From Escherichia coli (GTDB lineage: Bacteria > Pseudomonadota > Gammaproteobacteria > Enterobacterales > Enterobacteriaceae): a stretch of 64,000 bases of DNA. The translations under genes and the position numbers were made by a program. The stretch lies in NCBI RefSeq assembly GCF_036507355.1, contig NZ_AP027877.1; one strand, given 5' to 3'. The notes below the pieces were generated by a model. The model did no database searches. It was not told where the DNA came from and saw only the letters and a list, made by a program, of their open reading frames with translations. Below, piece by piece: positions 50,269 through 61,326 of this stretch. How positions within the stretch are numbered: the first letter of the stretch is position 1; every line of letters starts with the position of its first letter.

Positions 50269-51656
50269 TGCAAATCGTCTCTGTCGATATTGGATCGACG
50301 TGGACCAAAGCAGCCCTCTTCACCCGGGAGGGGGACGCGTTAACGTTGGTTAACCACGTACTGACCCCAACCACCACCCATCATCTGGCGAAGGGGTTTT
50401 TCTCCAGCCTGAACCAAGTGTTAAACGTAGATAATGCCCTCCCCCTGTTAAACAGCGGTGAGGTTGCATTGAAGTATTCCTCCTCTGCCAAAGGTGGGCT
50501 GGCGGTTGCCGCAATGGGATTGGTGCCTTCTATCACCCTGGAAACCGCGAAAGTAACCGCTCACTCTGCGGGTGCTAAAATTGCGCAATATTACGCCTAC
50601 AAGCTGAACCGCCGTGATATCCAGGCACTGGAAGAAACGCAGCCCGATATTCTCTTGTTCACCGGCGGCACCGACGGCGGAGAAGAAAGCTACGGACTGA
50701 ATAACGCCCGTGTGCTGGCAGAATCCAAACTCGACTGCGCCATTATTTATGCCGGAAACCGGGATATTCAGGACGAGGTGCAGGAGCTCCTCGGGCATAA
50801 AGACCTGACCATCGTCGACAATGTTCTGCCCGATCTTGACCATCCGAACCCTTTAGCCGCACGCCAGGCTATTTGCGACATATTCCTTAAACGCATCGTT
50901 AAAGGGAAAGGGCTGGATGTCATTGTTGATAAAACAGGCGAAGAACCAATGCCGACACCATGGACGGTCTTTGAACTGGTCAAGGCAATCAGTAACGTCG
51001 ATCACAGCTGGAAAGAGTTCATGCTGATCGACATGGGCGGCGCAACCACCGATGTTTATTCCGTCTGTGCCAACACGCTCTCGCCCGACACCGTTTTACA
51101 CGGCGTACCGGAACCCTTCGTAAAACGGACGGTGGAAGGCGATCTGGGAATGCGCGTCTCGGCAGTGGTGGTTGGTGAAAGTGCGAAAGAGTTAGTCAAT
51201 GTGAATTTTGCTCAGCAACCCGCACAGCTGGACGCTTTTTATCATTACCTCCGTCATCTAGTCGCTCATCCCGACTACTTACCCGCAAATGCAGAAGAGA
51301 AATATTTCGATACCGTCCTGGCCGGACTGTGTGTGGGTTATGCCACCGAAAGACATGCGGGCACCAAAAAAGAGGTCTGCACCTGCGTCGGCAATGTCGA
51401 TTTACAGATGGGACGTGACCTGACAACCGTGCGTAAAGTCGTCGGATCCGGCGGATGGCTCTCGCGTGCCAGTCAGTTCGATATGCATCACTGGTTGAAA
51501 TACCGCGAGTTAAACGACGACGGTAAACGCATTCTCTTACCGACCGAATTTGAATATTACCGCGATTCCCGGGGGCTATTACCACTGCTGGCAAACGTCG
51601 CCAGAGTCGATCCGCTGGCCGCCGCGCGCACCAGTATTCAATGCTTAACCCTATAA
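50268..51656 (+). CDS. glmL: Glutamate mutase accessory protein GlmL/MutL-like
   Basis: 462 aa between the S and E subunit genes, the size and position expected for GlmL. Confidence 0.75.
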   Translation: MQIVSVDIGSTWTKAALFTREGDALTLVNHVLTPTTTHHLAKGFFSSLNQVLNVDNALPLLNSGEVALKYSSSAKGGLAVAAMGLVPSITLETAKVTAHSAGAKIAQYYAYKLNRRDIQALEETQPDILLFTGGTDGGEESYGLNNARVLAESKLDCAIIYAGNRDIQDEVQELLGHKDLTIVDNVLPDLDHPNPLAARQAICDIFLKRIVKGKGLDVIVDKTGEEPMPTPWTVFELVKAISNVDHSWKEFMLIDMGGATTDVYSVCANTLSPDTVLHGVPEPFVKRTVEGDLGMRVSAVVVGESAKELVNVNFAQQPAQLDAFYHYLRHLVAHPDYLPANAEEKYFDTVLAGLCVGYATERHAGTKKEVCTCVGNVDLQMGRDLTTVRKVVGSGGWLSRASQFDMHHWLKYRELNDDGKRILLPTEFEYYRDSRGLLPLLANVARVDPLAAARTSIQCLTL

Positions 51657-51674
51657 CAATTAAGGCTGCAATCA

Positions 51675-53120
51675 ATGGAACTTCGAAATAAGAAATTAAC
51701 CCATGACGAATTCATGACCGAGCGGCAACAGGTACTGAAAACCTGGGAAACCGGCAAGGATGTTGAAAACTTTGAAGATGGCGTTAAATACCAACAAACC
51801 ATCCCTGAGCATAAACGCTTCTCTCTTGCGCTGCTGAAAGCAGACAAGGAAGGTAAAACCCTTAGCCAACCGCGCGCAGGTGTGGCGCTGATGGACGAAC
51901 ACATCGAACTGCTGAAAACACTACAAGAAGAGTGCGATCTGCTGCCAAGCACCATCGATGCATATACCCGTCTGAATCGGTACGAAGAAGCGGCTGTAGG
52001 GATTAAAAAATCCATCGAAGCCGGAACCTCTAAACTGAACGGTTTACCGGTAGTTAACCATGGTGTCGCAGCTTGCCGTCGCCTCACCGAAACCCTGCAA
52101 AAACCGCTACAGATCCGCCACGGCACGCCAGATGCGCGTCTGCTGGCTGAAATCTCAATGGCCAGCGGCTTTACCAGTTATGAAGGCGGTGGCATTTCCT
52201 ACAACATTCCGTATGCCAAACGCGTAACGCTGGAAAAATCGATCCGCGACTGGCAGTACTGCGACCGTTTAATGGGGATGTATGAAGAACACGGGATCCG
52301 CATCAACCGCGAACCGTTTGGCCCACTAACGGGTACGCTGATCCCGCCGTTTATCTCGCATTCTATCGCGATAATCGAAGGCTTGCTGGCACTGGAACAG
52401 GGTGTGAAATCTATCACCGTTGGTTATGGCCAGGTCGGCAGCCTGACGCAGGATGTTGCGGCGATCCAGTCTCTGCGTGAACTTGCACACGAATATTTTC
52501 AGAGCTATGGCTATACCGACTATGAATTGAGTACCGTGTTTCACCAGTGGATGGGCGGCTTTCCGGAAGACGAATCGAAAGCGTTCGCTATTATCTCCTG
52601 GGGTGCAGCCGTCGCGGGGATGTCTGGTGCCACCAAAGTCATCACCAAAAGTCCGCACGAAGCCTGGGGTATCCCGACTGCCGCTGCCAACATTCAGGGG
52701 CTGAAAGCCTCCCGCCAGATGCTCAACATGGTCAATGAGCAGAAATTCCCGCCGTGCCCTGCGGTTGAACTGGAAATTGAACTGATTAAGAGCGAGGTTC
52801 GCGCTGTACTGAATAAAGTGTTCGAACTGGGTAATGGTGATATTGCGCGCGGTACGGTGCTGGCATTTGAAGCGGGCGTACTGGATGTGCCATTTGCGCC
52901 AGCCGCCTGCAACGCGGGCAATATTCTTCCGGTCCGTGACAACACCGGCGCGATACGCGTACTGGAAGCCGGAGCCGTTCCATTGCCAAAAGATATTCTC
53001 GATCTCCACCACGATTACGTTGCGGAACGCGCACGCTTTGAAGGACGCCAACCGACATTCCAGATGGTTGTAGATGACATCAATGCTGTATCCCACAGTA
53101 AATTAATAGGAAGACCATAA
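51675..53120 (+). CDS. glmE: Glutamate mutase epsilon (catalytic) subunit
   Basis: 481 aa, the size and position expected for GlmE/MutE. Confidence 0.8.
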   Translation: MELRNKKLTHDEFMTERQQVLKTWETGKDVENFEDGVKYQQTIPEHKRFSLALLKADKEGKTLSQPRAGVALMDEHIELLKTLQEECDLLPSTIDAYTRLNRYEEAAVGIKKSIEAGTSKLNGLPVVNHGVAACRRLTETLQKPLQIRHGTPDARLLAEISMASGFTSYEGGGISYNIPYAKRVTLEKSIRDWQYCDRLMGMYEEHGIRINREPFGPLTGTLIPPFISHSIAIIEGLLALEQGVKSITVGYGQVGSLTQDVAAIQSLRELAHEYFQSYGYTDYELSTVFHQWMGGFPEDESKAFAIISWGAAVAGMSGATKVITKSPHEAWGIPTAAANIQGLKASRQMLNMVNEQKFPPCPAVELEIELIKSEVRAVLNKVFELGNGDIARGTVLAFEAGVLDVPFAPAACNAGNILPVRDNTGAIRVLEAGAVPLPKDILDLHHDYVAERARFEGRQPTFQMVVDDINAVSHSKLIGRP

Positions 53121-54361
53121 TGAAAATAAAACAGGCTCTGTTCACCGCTGGCTACTCCTCATTCTATTTCGATGACCAGCAGGCGATAAAAAACGGAGCG
53201 GGTCATGACGGCTTTTTTTATACCGGGGAGCCGGTAACACAGGGGTTTAACGCCGTTCGTCAGGCCGGGGAGTGCGTATCGGTACAGTTGATTCTGGAAA
53301 ACGGCGCGGTCGCTGTAGGTGACTGTGCTGCCGTACAGTATTCCGGGGCAGGTGGTCGCGACCCACTGTTCCTCGCAGAGCTCTTTATTCCGTTCCTCAA
53401 CGACCATATCAAGCCATTACTGGTAGGCCGCGATGTGGATGCTTTCCTGCCGAATGCCCGTTTCTTCGACAAATTGCGTATTGACGGCAACTTGCTGCAT
53501 ACCGCCGTGCGCTACGGATTATCACAGGCGCTGCTTGATGCTACCGCGCTGGCAACCGGCCGTCTGAAAACTGAAGTGGTCTGTGATGAATGGCAGTTGC
53601 CACGCGTGGCGGAATCCATTCCATTATTTGGTCAGAGCGGCGACGATCGATATATCGCCGTCGATAAGATGATCCTTAAGGGCATCGACGTGCTGCCCCA
53701 TGCGCTGATTAATAACGTCGAAGAGAAGCTGGGCTTTAAAGGTGAAAAACTGCGCGAATATGTCCGCTGGTTGTCGGATCGCATTCTAAGCAAGCGCACC
53801 AGCGCACGCTACCACCCAACCTTGCACATCGATGTATACGGCACTATCGGTCTGATCTTCGATATGGATCCGCTTCGCTGTGCGCAATACATCGCCAGCC
53901 TGGAAAAAGAAGCGCAAGGCCTGCCGCTCTACATTGAAGGGCCGGTCGATGCCGGTAACAAGCCCGATCAAATTCGCCTGCTGACCGCGATTACCAAAGA
54001 GCTGACGCGCCTCGGTTCCGGCGTGAAAATTGTGGCCGATGAATGGTGTAACACCTACCAGGATGTTGTTGATTTCACTGATGCCGCCAGTTGTCACATG
54101 GTGCAAATCAAAACCCCGGATCTGGGCAGTATTCACAACATCGTCGATGCGGTTCTTTACTGCAACAGCCACAGCATGGAAGCGTACCAGGGCGGCACCT
54201 GCAATGAAACTGATGTCAGTGCCCGCACCTGTGTCCACGTCGCCCTTGCCGCTCGCCCTATGCGTATGCTGGTAAAGCCAGGGATGGGCTTTGACGAAGG
54301 CCTCGATATCGTCTTCAACGAAATGAATCGTACTATCGCGCTGTTGCAGGCTAAGGATTAA
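53120..54361 (+). CDS. 3-methylaspartate ammonia-lyase (enolase superfamily)
   Basis: 413 aa, directly downstream of glmE. Confidence 0.82.
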   Translation: MKIKQALFTAGYSSFYFDDQQAIKNGAGHDGFFYTGEPVTQGFNAVRQAGECVSVQLILENGAVAVGDCAAVQYSGAGGRDPLFLAELFIPFLNDHIKPLLVGRDVDAFLPNARFFDKLRIDGNLLHTAVRYGLSQALLDATALATGRLKTEVVCDEWQLPRVAESIPLFGQSGDDRYIAVDKMILKGIDVLPHALINNVEEKLGFKGEKLREYVRWLSDRILSKRTSARYHPTLHIDVYGTIGLIFDMDPLRCAQYIASLEKEAQGLPLYIEGPVDAGNKPDQIRLLTAITKELTRLGSGVKIVADEWCNTYQDVVDFTDAASCHMVQIKTPDLGSIHNIVDAVLYCNSHSMEAYQGGTCNETDVSARTCVHVALAARPMRMLVKPGMGFDEGLDIVFNEMNRTIALLQAKD

Positions 54362-54364
54362 CAA

Positions 54365-55734
54365 ATGGCTCGTTCTTTTAAAGTCTTATCGCCAACAGCA
54401 ATCCTCGGGTATGGATTCCCGGAAGAGAGCTTCCGCAAAGCGATGGCAGAATCACCCGATCTGATCGCCGTTGATGCAGGCTCTTCCGATCCAGGCCCCC
54501 ACTACCTCGGGCAGGCAAACCGTTTACCGATCGCGCAGGGGTCAAGCGCGATCTGCGCTATATGATCACCGCAGGCGTGCAAAATAATATACCGGTGGTG
54601 ATCGGAACGGCCGGCGGTTCTGGTGCCGCTCCACACCTGGAGTGGTGCCGAGAAATAATTCATGAGATTGCCCAGGAAGAGCACCTCTCGTTCTCGATGG
54701 CGTTGATCCCGGCAGACGTTGACAAAGCCATCGTCCACCAGGCGCTGGATAACGGCAAAATCACGGCGCTGGATTTTGTCCCGCCGTTAACCCACGACGC
54801 GATTGACGAAAGTACGTATATCGTCGCGCAAATGGGCATCGAACCCTTCCAGCGGGCGCTAAAAGAAGGCGCGCAAGTGGTGCTGGGTGGGCGCGCTTAC
54901 GACCCGGCCTGCTTTGCTGCGCTACCGATCATGCAAGGCTTTGATGAAGGTCTGGCGCTGCATTGTGGGAAAATCCTTGAATGCGCGGCAATCGCCGCAA
55001 CGCCCGGCTCAGGCTCTGACTGTGCGATGGGCATCATTGATGACAACGGCTTTACGCTGAAGACATTTAATCCGAAGCGTAAATTTACCGAAACGTCAGC
55101 AGCTGCACACACACTGTATGAGAAATCCGATCCCTACTTCCTGCCAGGACCTGGCGGCGTGTTGAACCTGAAAGGCTGCACATTTAAAGCAGTCAATGAC
55201 GGCGAAGTCTACGTCAGCGGTTCTAAGCATGAAGAAACGCCGTATGCCCTGAAACTGGAAGGTGCACGACGGGTGGGCTTCCGCTGTCTGACCATCGCCG
55301 GAACGCGCGACCCGATTATGATCGCCGGGATCGATAAACTCATCGATGAAGTCAAAACCAGCGTTTCGCGTAACCTGTCGCTCGACGATGACAGCATTCG
55401 CATCAATTTCCACCTGTACGGCAAAAACGGGGTGATGGGAGACCATGAACCGATGCAAACTGCCGGGCATGAGCTGGGGATTGTTCTTGATGTAGTTGCA
55501 CCGACCCAGGAAATTGCCAATAGCGTTTGCTCGCTGGTGCGCTCTACCATGCTGCACTACGGCTATGAAAACCGCATCGCTACCGCAGGTAATCTGGCGT
55601 TCCCGTTCTCCCCTTCTGATATCCAGGGCGGGCCGGTATACGAATTTTCCATATATCACCTGATTGAAGCCAACGACGCTCTGCGTTTTGATTTCCATAT
55701 TGAACAGGTGACGCCAGAAGGAGTTCAGGCATGA
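54365..55734 (+). pseudogene. AtuA-like DUF1446 protein with an apparent +1 frameshift near 54515-54565
   Basis: Two consecutive ORFs (54365..54565 and 54562..55734) in different frames together make one ~455-aa DUF1446-type protein. Confidence 0.55.
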
Positions 55735-56048
55735 AACAGTCAATTGTCTCACTGGCGCAAGTCATTCGTTCGAAAAATGCCGGACCTTACGAACTGGTTT
55801 TAGATATTTTATTTAAAACGAAAGAAAACTATGAGCGAGTTAAATCATCAGGGCAATTAACCCCAGAACTGATTGCGCGCTTATATCATGTTGAACCTGA
55901 CTTTATTCATCGTATTGTCTGGTTTGATCCTTCTAACGCAGTAAAAATCGTCATGCCACGAGATATTATCTCCGGGAATGTAGGTGACAATGATGTCTAT
56001 GGTGCACAGCAACATGCACCTTTATTAAATATGAGTTTCGATTTGTAA
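55731..56048 (+). CDS. DUF4387-family small protein (partner of DUF1446)
   Basis: 105 aa, start overlaps the DUF1446 stop. Confidence 0.6.
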   Translation: MKQSIVSLAQVIRSKNAGPYELVLDILFKTKENYERVKSSGQLTPELIARLYHVEPDFIHRIVWFDPSNAVKIVMPRDIISGNVGDNDVYGAQQHAPLLNMSFDL

Positions 56049-56208
56049 AAATCCGAATACTTTTAGCCAACTGACATCCCGTCACTTATTGCAGTTCAAC
56101 ACTTCAGCTATTTGTAAGGTTGTAATAGCAGGTAGATGCCTGAATCTCTATTCAGGCATCTACTTCTCCTGATTCTGATTTATCGCCGTGCACCTGATGG
56201 AGGAAAAA

Positions 56209-57489
56209 ATGAAGAAAATAAGTTTAACCACGATGATTCTTTTGGCGCTGGTACTTGGAATGATTATCGGCGTAGTGCTCAATAACACTGCTTCACCGGA
56301 AACAGCAAAACTCTATGCGCAAGAAATATCGATATTCACGACGATTTTCTTACGACTGATAAAAATGATTATCGCTCCGTTAGTGGTCTCTACCCTGGTG
56401 GTAGGTATTGCTAAAATGGGCGATGCCAAAGCCCTTGGTCGTATTTTTTCTAAAACACTCTTTTTATTTATTTGCGCCTCATTGCTGTCAATTGCCTTAG
56501 GCTTGATAACGGTAAATTTCTTCATGCCAGGCACAGGAATTAATTTTGTTGCACACGGTGCCGAAACCACAGGAGTGGTCGCGTCAGAACCCTTTACGCT
56601 AAAAGTATTTATTTCGCATGCTTTCCCCACCAGCATTGTCGATGCCATGGCGCACAATGAAATTTTGCAAATCGTGGTGTTCTCAATTTTCCTCGGCTGT
56701 AGCCTGACGGCGATTGGCGAGAAAGGCAGCGCCATCGTTCACGCCTTAGATTCGCTGGCACATGCCATGTTAAAGCTCACTGGCTACGTCATGCTCTTCG
56801 CTCCCCTGACCGTATTCGCCGCTATTTCAGCATTGATTGCTGAACGAGGACTGGCAGTTATGGTGAGCGCCGGGATCTTTATGGGTGAATTTTATTTCAC
56901 CATGTTATTACTTTGGGTGCTGCTTATCGGTCTGGCCATCGTTTATGTCGGCCCCTGCATCAGACGCCTGACCCGCGCCCTTTCGGAACCCGCCCTGCTG
57001 GCATTTACCACATCCAGTTCTGAAGCGGCTTTTCCGGGAACGCTTGAAAAACTGGAGCAATTTGGCGTTTCCCCCAAAATTGCCAGCTTTGTCTTACCCA
57101 TTGGCTACTCATTTAATCTCGTTGGATCAATGGCCTACTGCTCCTTCGCCACAGTTTTCATCGCCCAGGCCTGCAATATCCATTTATCCATCGGTGAGCA
57201 AATCACCATGCTGTTGATCCTGATGTTGACCTCGAAAGGAATGGCTGGCGTACCACGCGCCTCAATGGTGGTTATCGCCGCCACGCTCAACCAGTTCAAT
57301 ATTCCGGAAGCGGGGCTGATCTTGCTGATGGGCGTTGATCCGTTCCTTGATATGGGGCGTTCCGCGACAAACGTCATGAGCAACGCAATGGGCGCTGCGA
57401 TGGTGAGTCGGTGGGAAGGCGAACATTTCGGCGAGGGCTGTCGGGGTAAAGCATTAAAACCCAATGAATCGAACGTTGCTCTGCCCTGA
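56209..57489 (+). CDS. Dicarboxylate/amino acid:cation symporter (DAACS/GltP-DctA family)
   Basis: About 427-aa polytopic membrane protein; ATG at 56209 preceded by RBS ggagg. Confidence 0.8.
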   Translation: MKKISLTTMILLALVLGMIIGVVLNNTASPETAKLYAQEISIFTTIFLRLIKMIIAPLVVSTLVVGIAKMGDAKALGRIFSKTLFLFICASLLSIALGLITVNFFMPGTGINFVAHGAETTGVVASEPFTLKVFISHAFPTSIVDAMAHNEILQIVVFSIFLGCSLTAIGEKGSAIVHALDSLAHAMLKLTGYVMLFAPLTVFAAISALIAERGLAVMVSAGIFMGEFYFTMLLLWVLLIGLAIVYVGPCIRRLTRALSEPALLAFTTSSSEAAFPGTLEKLEQFGVSPKIASFVLPIGYSFNLVGSMAYCSFATVFIAQACNIHLSIGEQITMLLILMLTSKGMAGVPRASMVVIAATLNQFNIPEAGLILLMGVDPFLDMGRSATNVMSNAMGAAMVSRWEGEHFGEGCRGKALKPNESNVALP

Positions 57490-57596
57490 GGGGGATCTTA
57501 AGCAATCAGAAGCCAATGACTACGCATTTTTATAAGCCGGATCATGAAGTTAGACGGCAATTAAGTAACACTAACGTTTAAGGTGAAAAGTGAAAT

Positions 57597-59249
57597 ATGT
57601 CCAAACCATTTATCTGGCAAGAACCGTTTCTACAAAATAAAGACGGTACAGAATATACATTAATTAGCGATCAACATATTACAGTAACGGAATTAGACGG
57701 CGAAGAAGTGATAAAAATCGCTCCTGAAGCATTAACGCTGCTTGCCCGGCAGGCATTTTATGAAGCCTCTTTTTTCTTACGTTCCGCTCATTTGCAACAG
57801 GTCGCCAGCATTCTTAACGATCAGCAGGCCAGCAGTAATGATAAATACGTTGCGTTGCAGTTATTACGTAATGCTGAAGTCTCAGCAAAAGGGGTATTAC
57901 CCAACTGTCAGGATACCGGCACCGCAACTATTGTTGCCAGTAAAGGGCAACAGATATGGACCGGAAGTAACGACGCCGAAGCTTTAAGTAAAGGCATTTA
58001 CAGTACTTTCCAGGAAAATAATCTGCGCTTTTCACAAAATGCGCCGCTGGATATGTATACCGAAGTCAATACGCAAACCAATCTCCCGGCGCAGATTGAT
58101 ATCAGCGCTGTCGCTGGTGATGAGTACCATTTTCTCTGTGTTAATAAAGGGGGCGGCTCCGCCAATAAAGCCGCGCTTTATCAGGAAACCAAATCCTTAT
58201 TGCAACCAGAAAAACTGACCGCATTTTTAATCGAAAAAATGAAATCGCTGGGCACCGCTGCCTGCCCGCCTTACCACATCGCCTTTGCCGTCGGAGGGCT
58301 TTCAGCCGATCAAACCTTAAAAGTTGCCAAGCTGGCCTCAACGAAATATTACGACAATTTGCCCACCAGCGGAAACGAGCAGGGACAAGCATTCCGTGAT
58401 ATTGAGCTGGAAAAAGCGTTGCTCGAGGCCAGTCAGCAATTTGGTATTGGTGCACAATTTGGGGGGAAATATTTCGCTCATGATATTCGCGTCATTCGTC
58501 TGCCGCGTCACGGTGGCTCTTGCCCGATAGCTATGGCGCTCTCCTGTTCTGCCGATCGCAATATCAAAGCAAAAATTAACAAACACGGTATCTGGCTAGA
58601 AAAACTCGAACACAATCCGGGGCAATATATTCCAGCCTCATTGCGGGAAGAAAATCACGCGCAACATGTACAACTGGATCTAAACCGTCCGTTGCGTGAC
58701 GTGATGCTGGATCTCGCCAGATTACCGGTAGGTACCCGCGTGTCGTTAAGTGGTCCCATCGTAGTGGCGCGCGATATCGCCCACGCCAAAATAAAAGCGC
58801 GGCTGGATAGCGGCGAATCGATGCCGGAGTACCTGAAGCATCATATTGTCTATTACGCTGGCCCGGCGAAAACACCGGAGAACATGGCCTGCGGTTCACT
58901 GGGTCCAACCACGGGCGGTCGAATGGATGGTTATGTCGATACCTTCCAGGCGGCCGGCGGCAGTCTGGTGATGTTATCGAAAGGTAACCGCAGCCAGCAG
59001 GTCACCGATGCCTGTCACAAACATGGCGGCTTCAATCTGGGAAGTATTGGCGGTGCAGCTGCGTTACTGGCGCAAGAATATGTCAAAAGTCTGCGTTGCC
59101 TGGAATACCCGGAGCTGGGTATGGAAGCGGTGTGGATGATGGAAGTGGAAAATCTGCCCGCATTCATCCTGGTAGATGATAAAGGCAATAATTTCTTTAG
59201 TCAGTTTGAGCAGCAACACCGCTGCGCCAGTTGCCCTGCGGGACATTAA
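57597..59249 (+). CDS. fumD: Class I (Fe-S) fumarate hydratase paralog, likely mesaconase (FumD-type)
   Basis: 550 aa with class I fumarase features; embedded in the methylaspartate cluster. Confidence 0.8.
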   Translation: MSKPFIWQEPFLQNKDGTEYTLISDQHITVTELDGEEVIKIAPEALTLLARQAFYEASFFLRSAHLQQVASILNDQQASSNDKYVALQLLRNAEVSAKGVLPNCQDTGTATIVASKGQQIWTGSNDAEALSKGIYSTFQENNLRFSQNAPLDMYTEVNTQTNLPAQIDISAVAGDEYHFLCVNKGGGSANKAALYQETKSLLQPEKLTAFLIEKMKSLGTAACPPYHIAFAVGGLSADQTLKVAKLASTKYYDNLPTSGNEQGQAFRDIELEKALLEASQQFGIGAQFGGKYFAHDIRVIRLPRHGGSCPIAMALSCSADRNIKAKINKHGIWLEKLEHNPGQYIPASLREENHAQHVQLDLNRPLRDVMLDLARLPVGTRVSLSGPIVVARDIAHAKIKARLDSGESMPEYLKHHIVYYAGPAKTPENMACGSLGPTTGGRMDGYVDTFQAAGGSLVMLSKGNRSQQVTDACHKHGGFNLGSIGGAAALLAQEYVKSLRCLEYPELGMEAVWMMEVENLPAFILVDDKGNNFFSQFEQQHRCASCPAGH

Positions 59250-59258
59250 GGAAAATGA

Positions 59259-59861
59259 ATGGAAGCGCGAATTTCAACTGAACGGCATGTGCAGCGCCAA
59301 CAGAAATTGAAGGAACAGGTCGATACGCGCGTCGCGGCGGCGATAGAGAAAAAAGGGATCTTGATTGTTTTCACCGGCAACGGCAAAGGGAAATCCACTG
59401 CCGCGTTTGGTACTGTGACGCGCGCGGTGGGTCATGGCAAAACGGTGGGGGTTGCGCAGTACATCAAGGGGCAATGGGACAACGGCGAATACAACCTTCT
59501 CCAGCCGCTGGGGGTTGAGTTTCATATTATGGGAACCGGTTTTACCTGGGAGACACAGAACCGGCAAGCGGATATCGACGCGGCGAAAGAGGTCTGGTCG
59601 GAAAGCAAACGGATGCTGGCTGACAAGCGTTACGACTTAGTGGTGCTTGATGAGCTGACCTATATGCTGGCTTACCATTATTTGGATACCGAAGAAGTGA
59701 TCGCTTCTCTGCAAAACCGCCCGGCACAACAAAGTGTCATTGTCACCGGACGCGGTTGCCACAGTCAGATATTAAAAATGGCGGATACGGTAAGCGAAAT
59801 CCGCCCCGTCAAACATGCTTTTGATAACGGCATTCAGGCCCAGCCGGGTATAGACTGGTAA
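59259..59861 (+). CDS. Cob(I)alamin adenosyltransferase (CobA/BtuR-type paralog)
   Basis: 200 aa with P-loop VFTGNGKGKSTAAFG and strong similarity to BtuR. Confidence 0.85.
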   Translation: MEARISTERHVQRQQKLKEQVDTRVAAAIEKKGILIVFTGNGKGKSTAAFGTVTRAVGHGKTVGVAQYIKGQWDNGEYNLLQPLGVEFHIMGTGFTWETQNRQADIDAAKEVWSESKRMLADKRYDLVVLDELTYMLAYHYLDTEEVIASLQNRPAQQSVIVTGRGCHSQILKMADTVSEIRPVKHAFDNGIQAQPGIDW

Positions 59862-59894
59862 TAACTGCGCCTGGCATCCCGCCAGGCGCAGGTT

Positions 59895-60557
59895 TTACAT
59901 CTCCTGCGGTACGACCGATTTCGCCAGCAACCATTCACGAAATTGCTGCAAGTGCGGTGAGTCAGACTTCTCTTCCTGCCACGTCATAATAAAACGATTA
60001 CCGGTACGAATAGGCACATCACAGGGAATCACCATATCGCCACTATCCAAATCATGTTGAATAGCGAAACGTGGTAACAGCGCCACGCCGAGATTAGAGC
60101 GCACGGCGGCAATCAGCATTGAAAGCAAATCGAAACGTGGTCCGTTATTGACCAACGGACTGCTAACGCCAGATAAAGCAAACCACTCTTCCCAGCCAGT
60201 AATACGGGTGCTTTGATGCAGAAGCGGTAACTCAGTAAGCAGTTCTGCCACTGACAGCTTTTGATCGGACATTGCAAGCAAACTGCCGCTGCATACCGGC
60301 AAAATCTCCTCATCAAAGAGATATTCTACTTCCGCCCAGGGCGCGCAAAAATTTTCGCGCATAATGACAGCATCGTACTCCCGATTAAGAAAATCGCCGT
60401 TATTAGCTAAAGAATGAATATTAACAATAATATCGGGATGTAACTTTGTGAATTCATGTAAATTTGGGATCAACCAGTGGGTACTAAAAGTAGGATTAAC
60501 GGCAAGTTCAATAACCTGAACCGTAGGCTGCCAGGTCATAATGGTATTGGTATCGCG
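59895..60557 (-). pseudogene. LysR-family regulator, C-terminal part (interrupted by IS1)
   Basis: LysR substrate-binding domain; frame is continuous with the N-terminal HTH fragment once IS1 and one copy of the 9-bp duplication are removed. Confidence 0.8.
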
Positions 60558-60612
60558 GGTGATGCTGCCAACTTACTGATTTAGTGTATGATGGTGTTTT
60601 TGAGGTGCTCCA

Positions 60613-60888
60613 GTGGCTTCTGTTTCTATCAGCTGTCCCTCCTGTTCAGCTACTGACGGGGTGGTGCGTAACGGCAAAAGCACCGCCGGACATCAGCGCT
60701 ATCTCTGCTCTCACTGCCGTAAAACATGGCAACTGCAGTTCACTTACACCGCTTCTCAACCCGGTACGCACCAGAAAATCATTGATATGGCCATGAATGG
60801 CGTTGGATGCCGGGCAACAGCCCGCATTATGGGCGTTGGCCTCAACACGATTTTACGTCACTTAAAAAACTCAGGCCGCAGTCGGTAA
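60613..60888 (+). CDS. insA: IS1 InsA
   Basis: [41 protein letters not shown]...; slippery A6C site (ttaaaaaactc) near 60868 for the InsAB' fusion. Confidence 0.95.
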
Positions 60889-61310
60889 CCTCGCGCATAC
60901 AGCCGGGCAGTGACGTCATCGTCTGCGCGGAAATGGACGAACAGTGGGGCTATGTCGGGGCTAAATCGCGCCAGCGCTGGCTGTTTTACGCGTATGACAG
61001 GCTCCGGAAGACGGTTGTTGCGCACGTATTCGGTGAACGCACGATGGCGACGCTGGGGCGTCTTATGAGCCTGCTGTCACCCTTTGACGTGGTGATATGG
61101 ATGACGGATGGCTGGCCGCTGTATGAATCCCGCCTGAAGGGAAAGCTGCACGTAATCAGCAAGCGATATACGCAGCGAATTGAGCGGCATAACCTGAATC
61201 TGAGGCAGCACCTGGCACGGCTGGGACGGAAGTCGCTGTCGTTCTCAAAATCGGTGGAGCTGCATGACAAAGTCATCGGGCATTATCTGAACATAAAACA
61301 CTATCAATAA
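60807..61310 (+). CDS. insB: IS1 InsB (transposase C-terminal frame)
   Basis: 167-aa frame overlapping insA in -1 frame; ...[44 protein letters not shown]... Confidence 0.93.
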
Positions 61311-61326
61311 GTTGGAGTCATTACCG

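Larger units (their letters stand above)
60558..61326 (+). mobile_element. IS1 insertion sequence
   Basis: Ends GGTGATGCTGCCAACTTACTGAT... and ...ATCAATAAGTTGGAGTCATTACC; flanked by a perfect 9-bp direct repeat ggtatcgcg (60549-60557 and 61327-61335). Confidence 0.95.

Noticed and set aside
52326-53096. 256-aa minus-strand ORF
   Set aside because: It is antisense to glmE.
53786-54364. 192-aa minus-strand ORF
   Set aside because: It is antisense to the methylaspartate ammonia-lyase gene.
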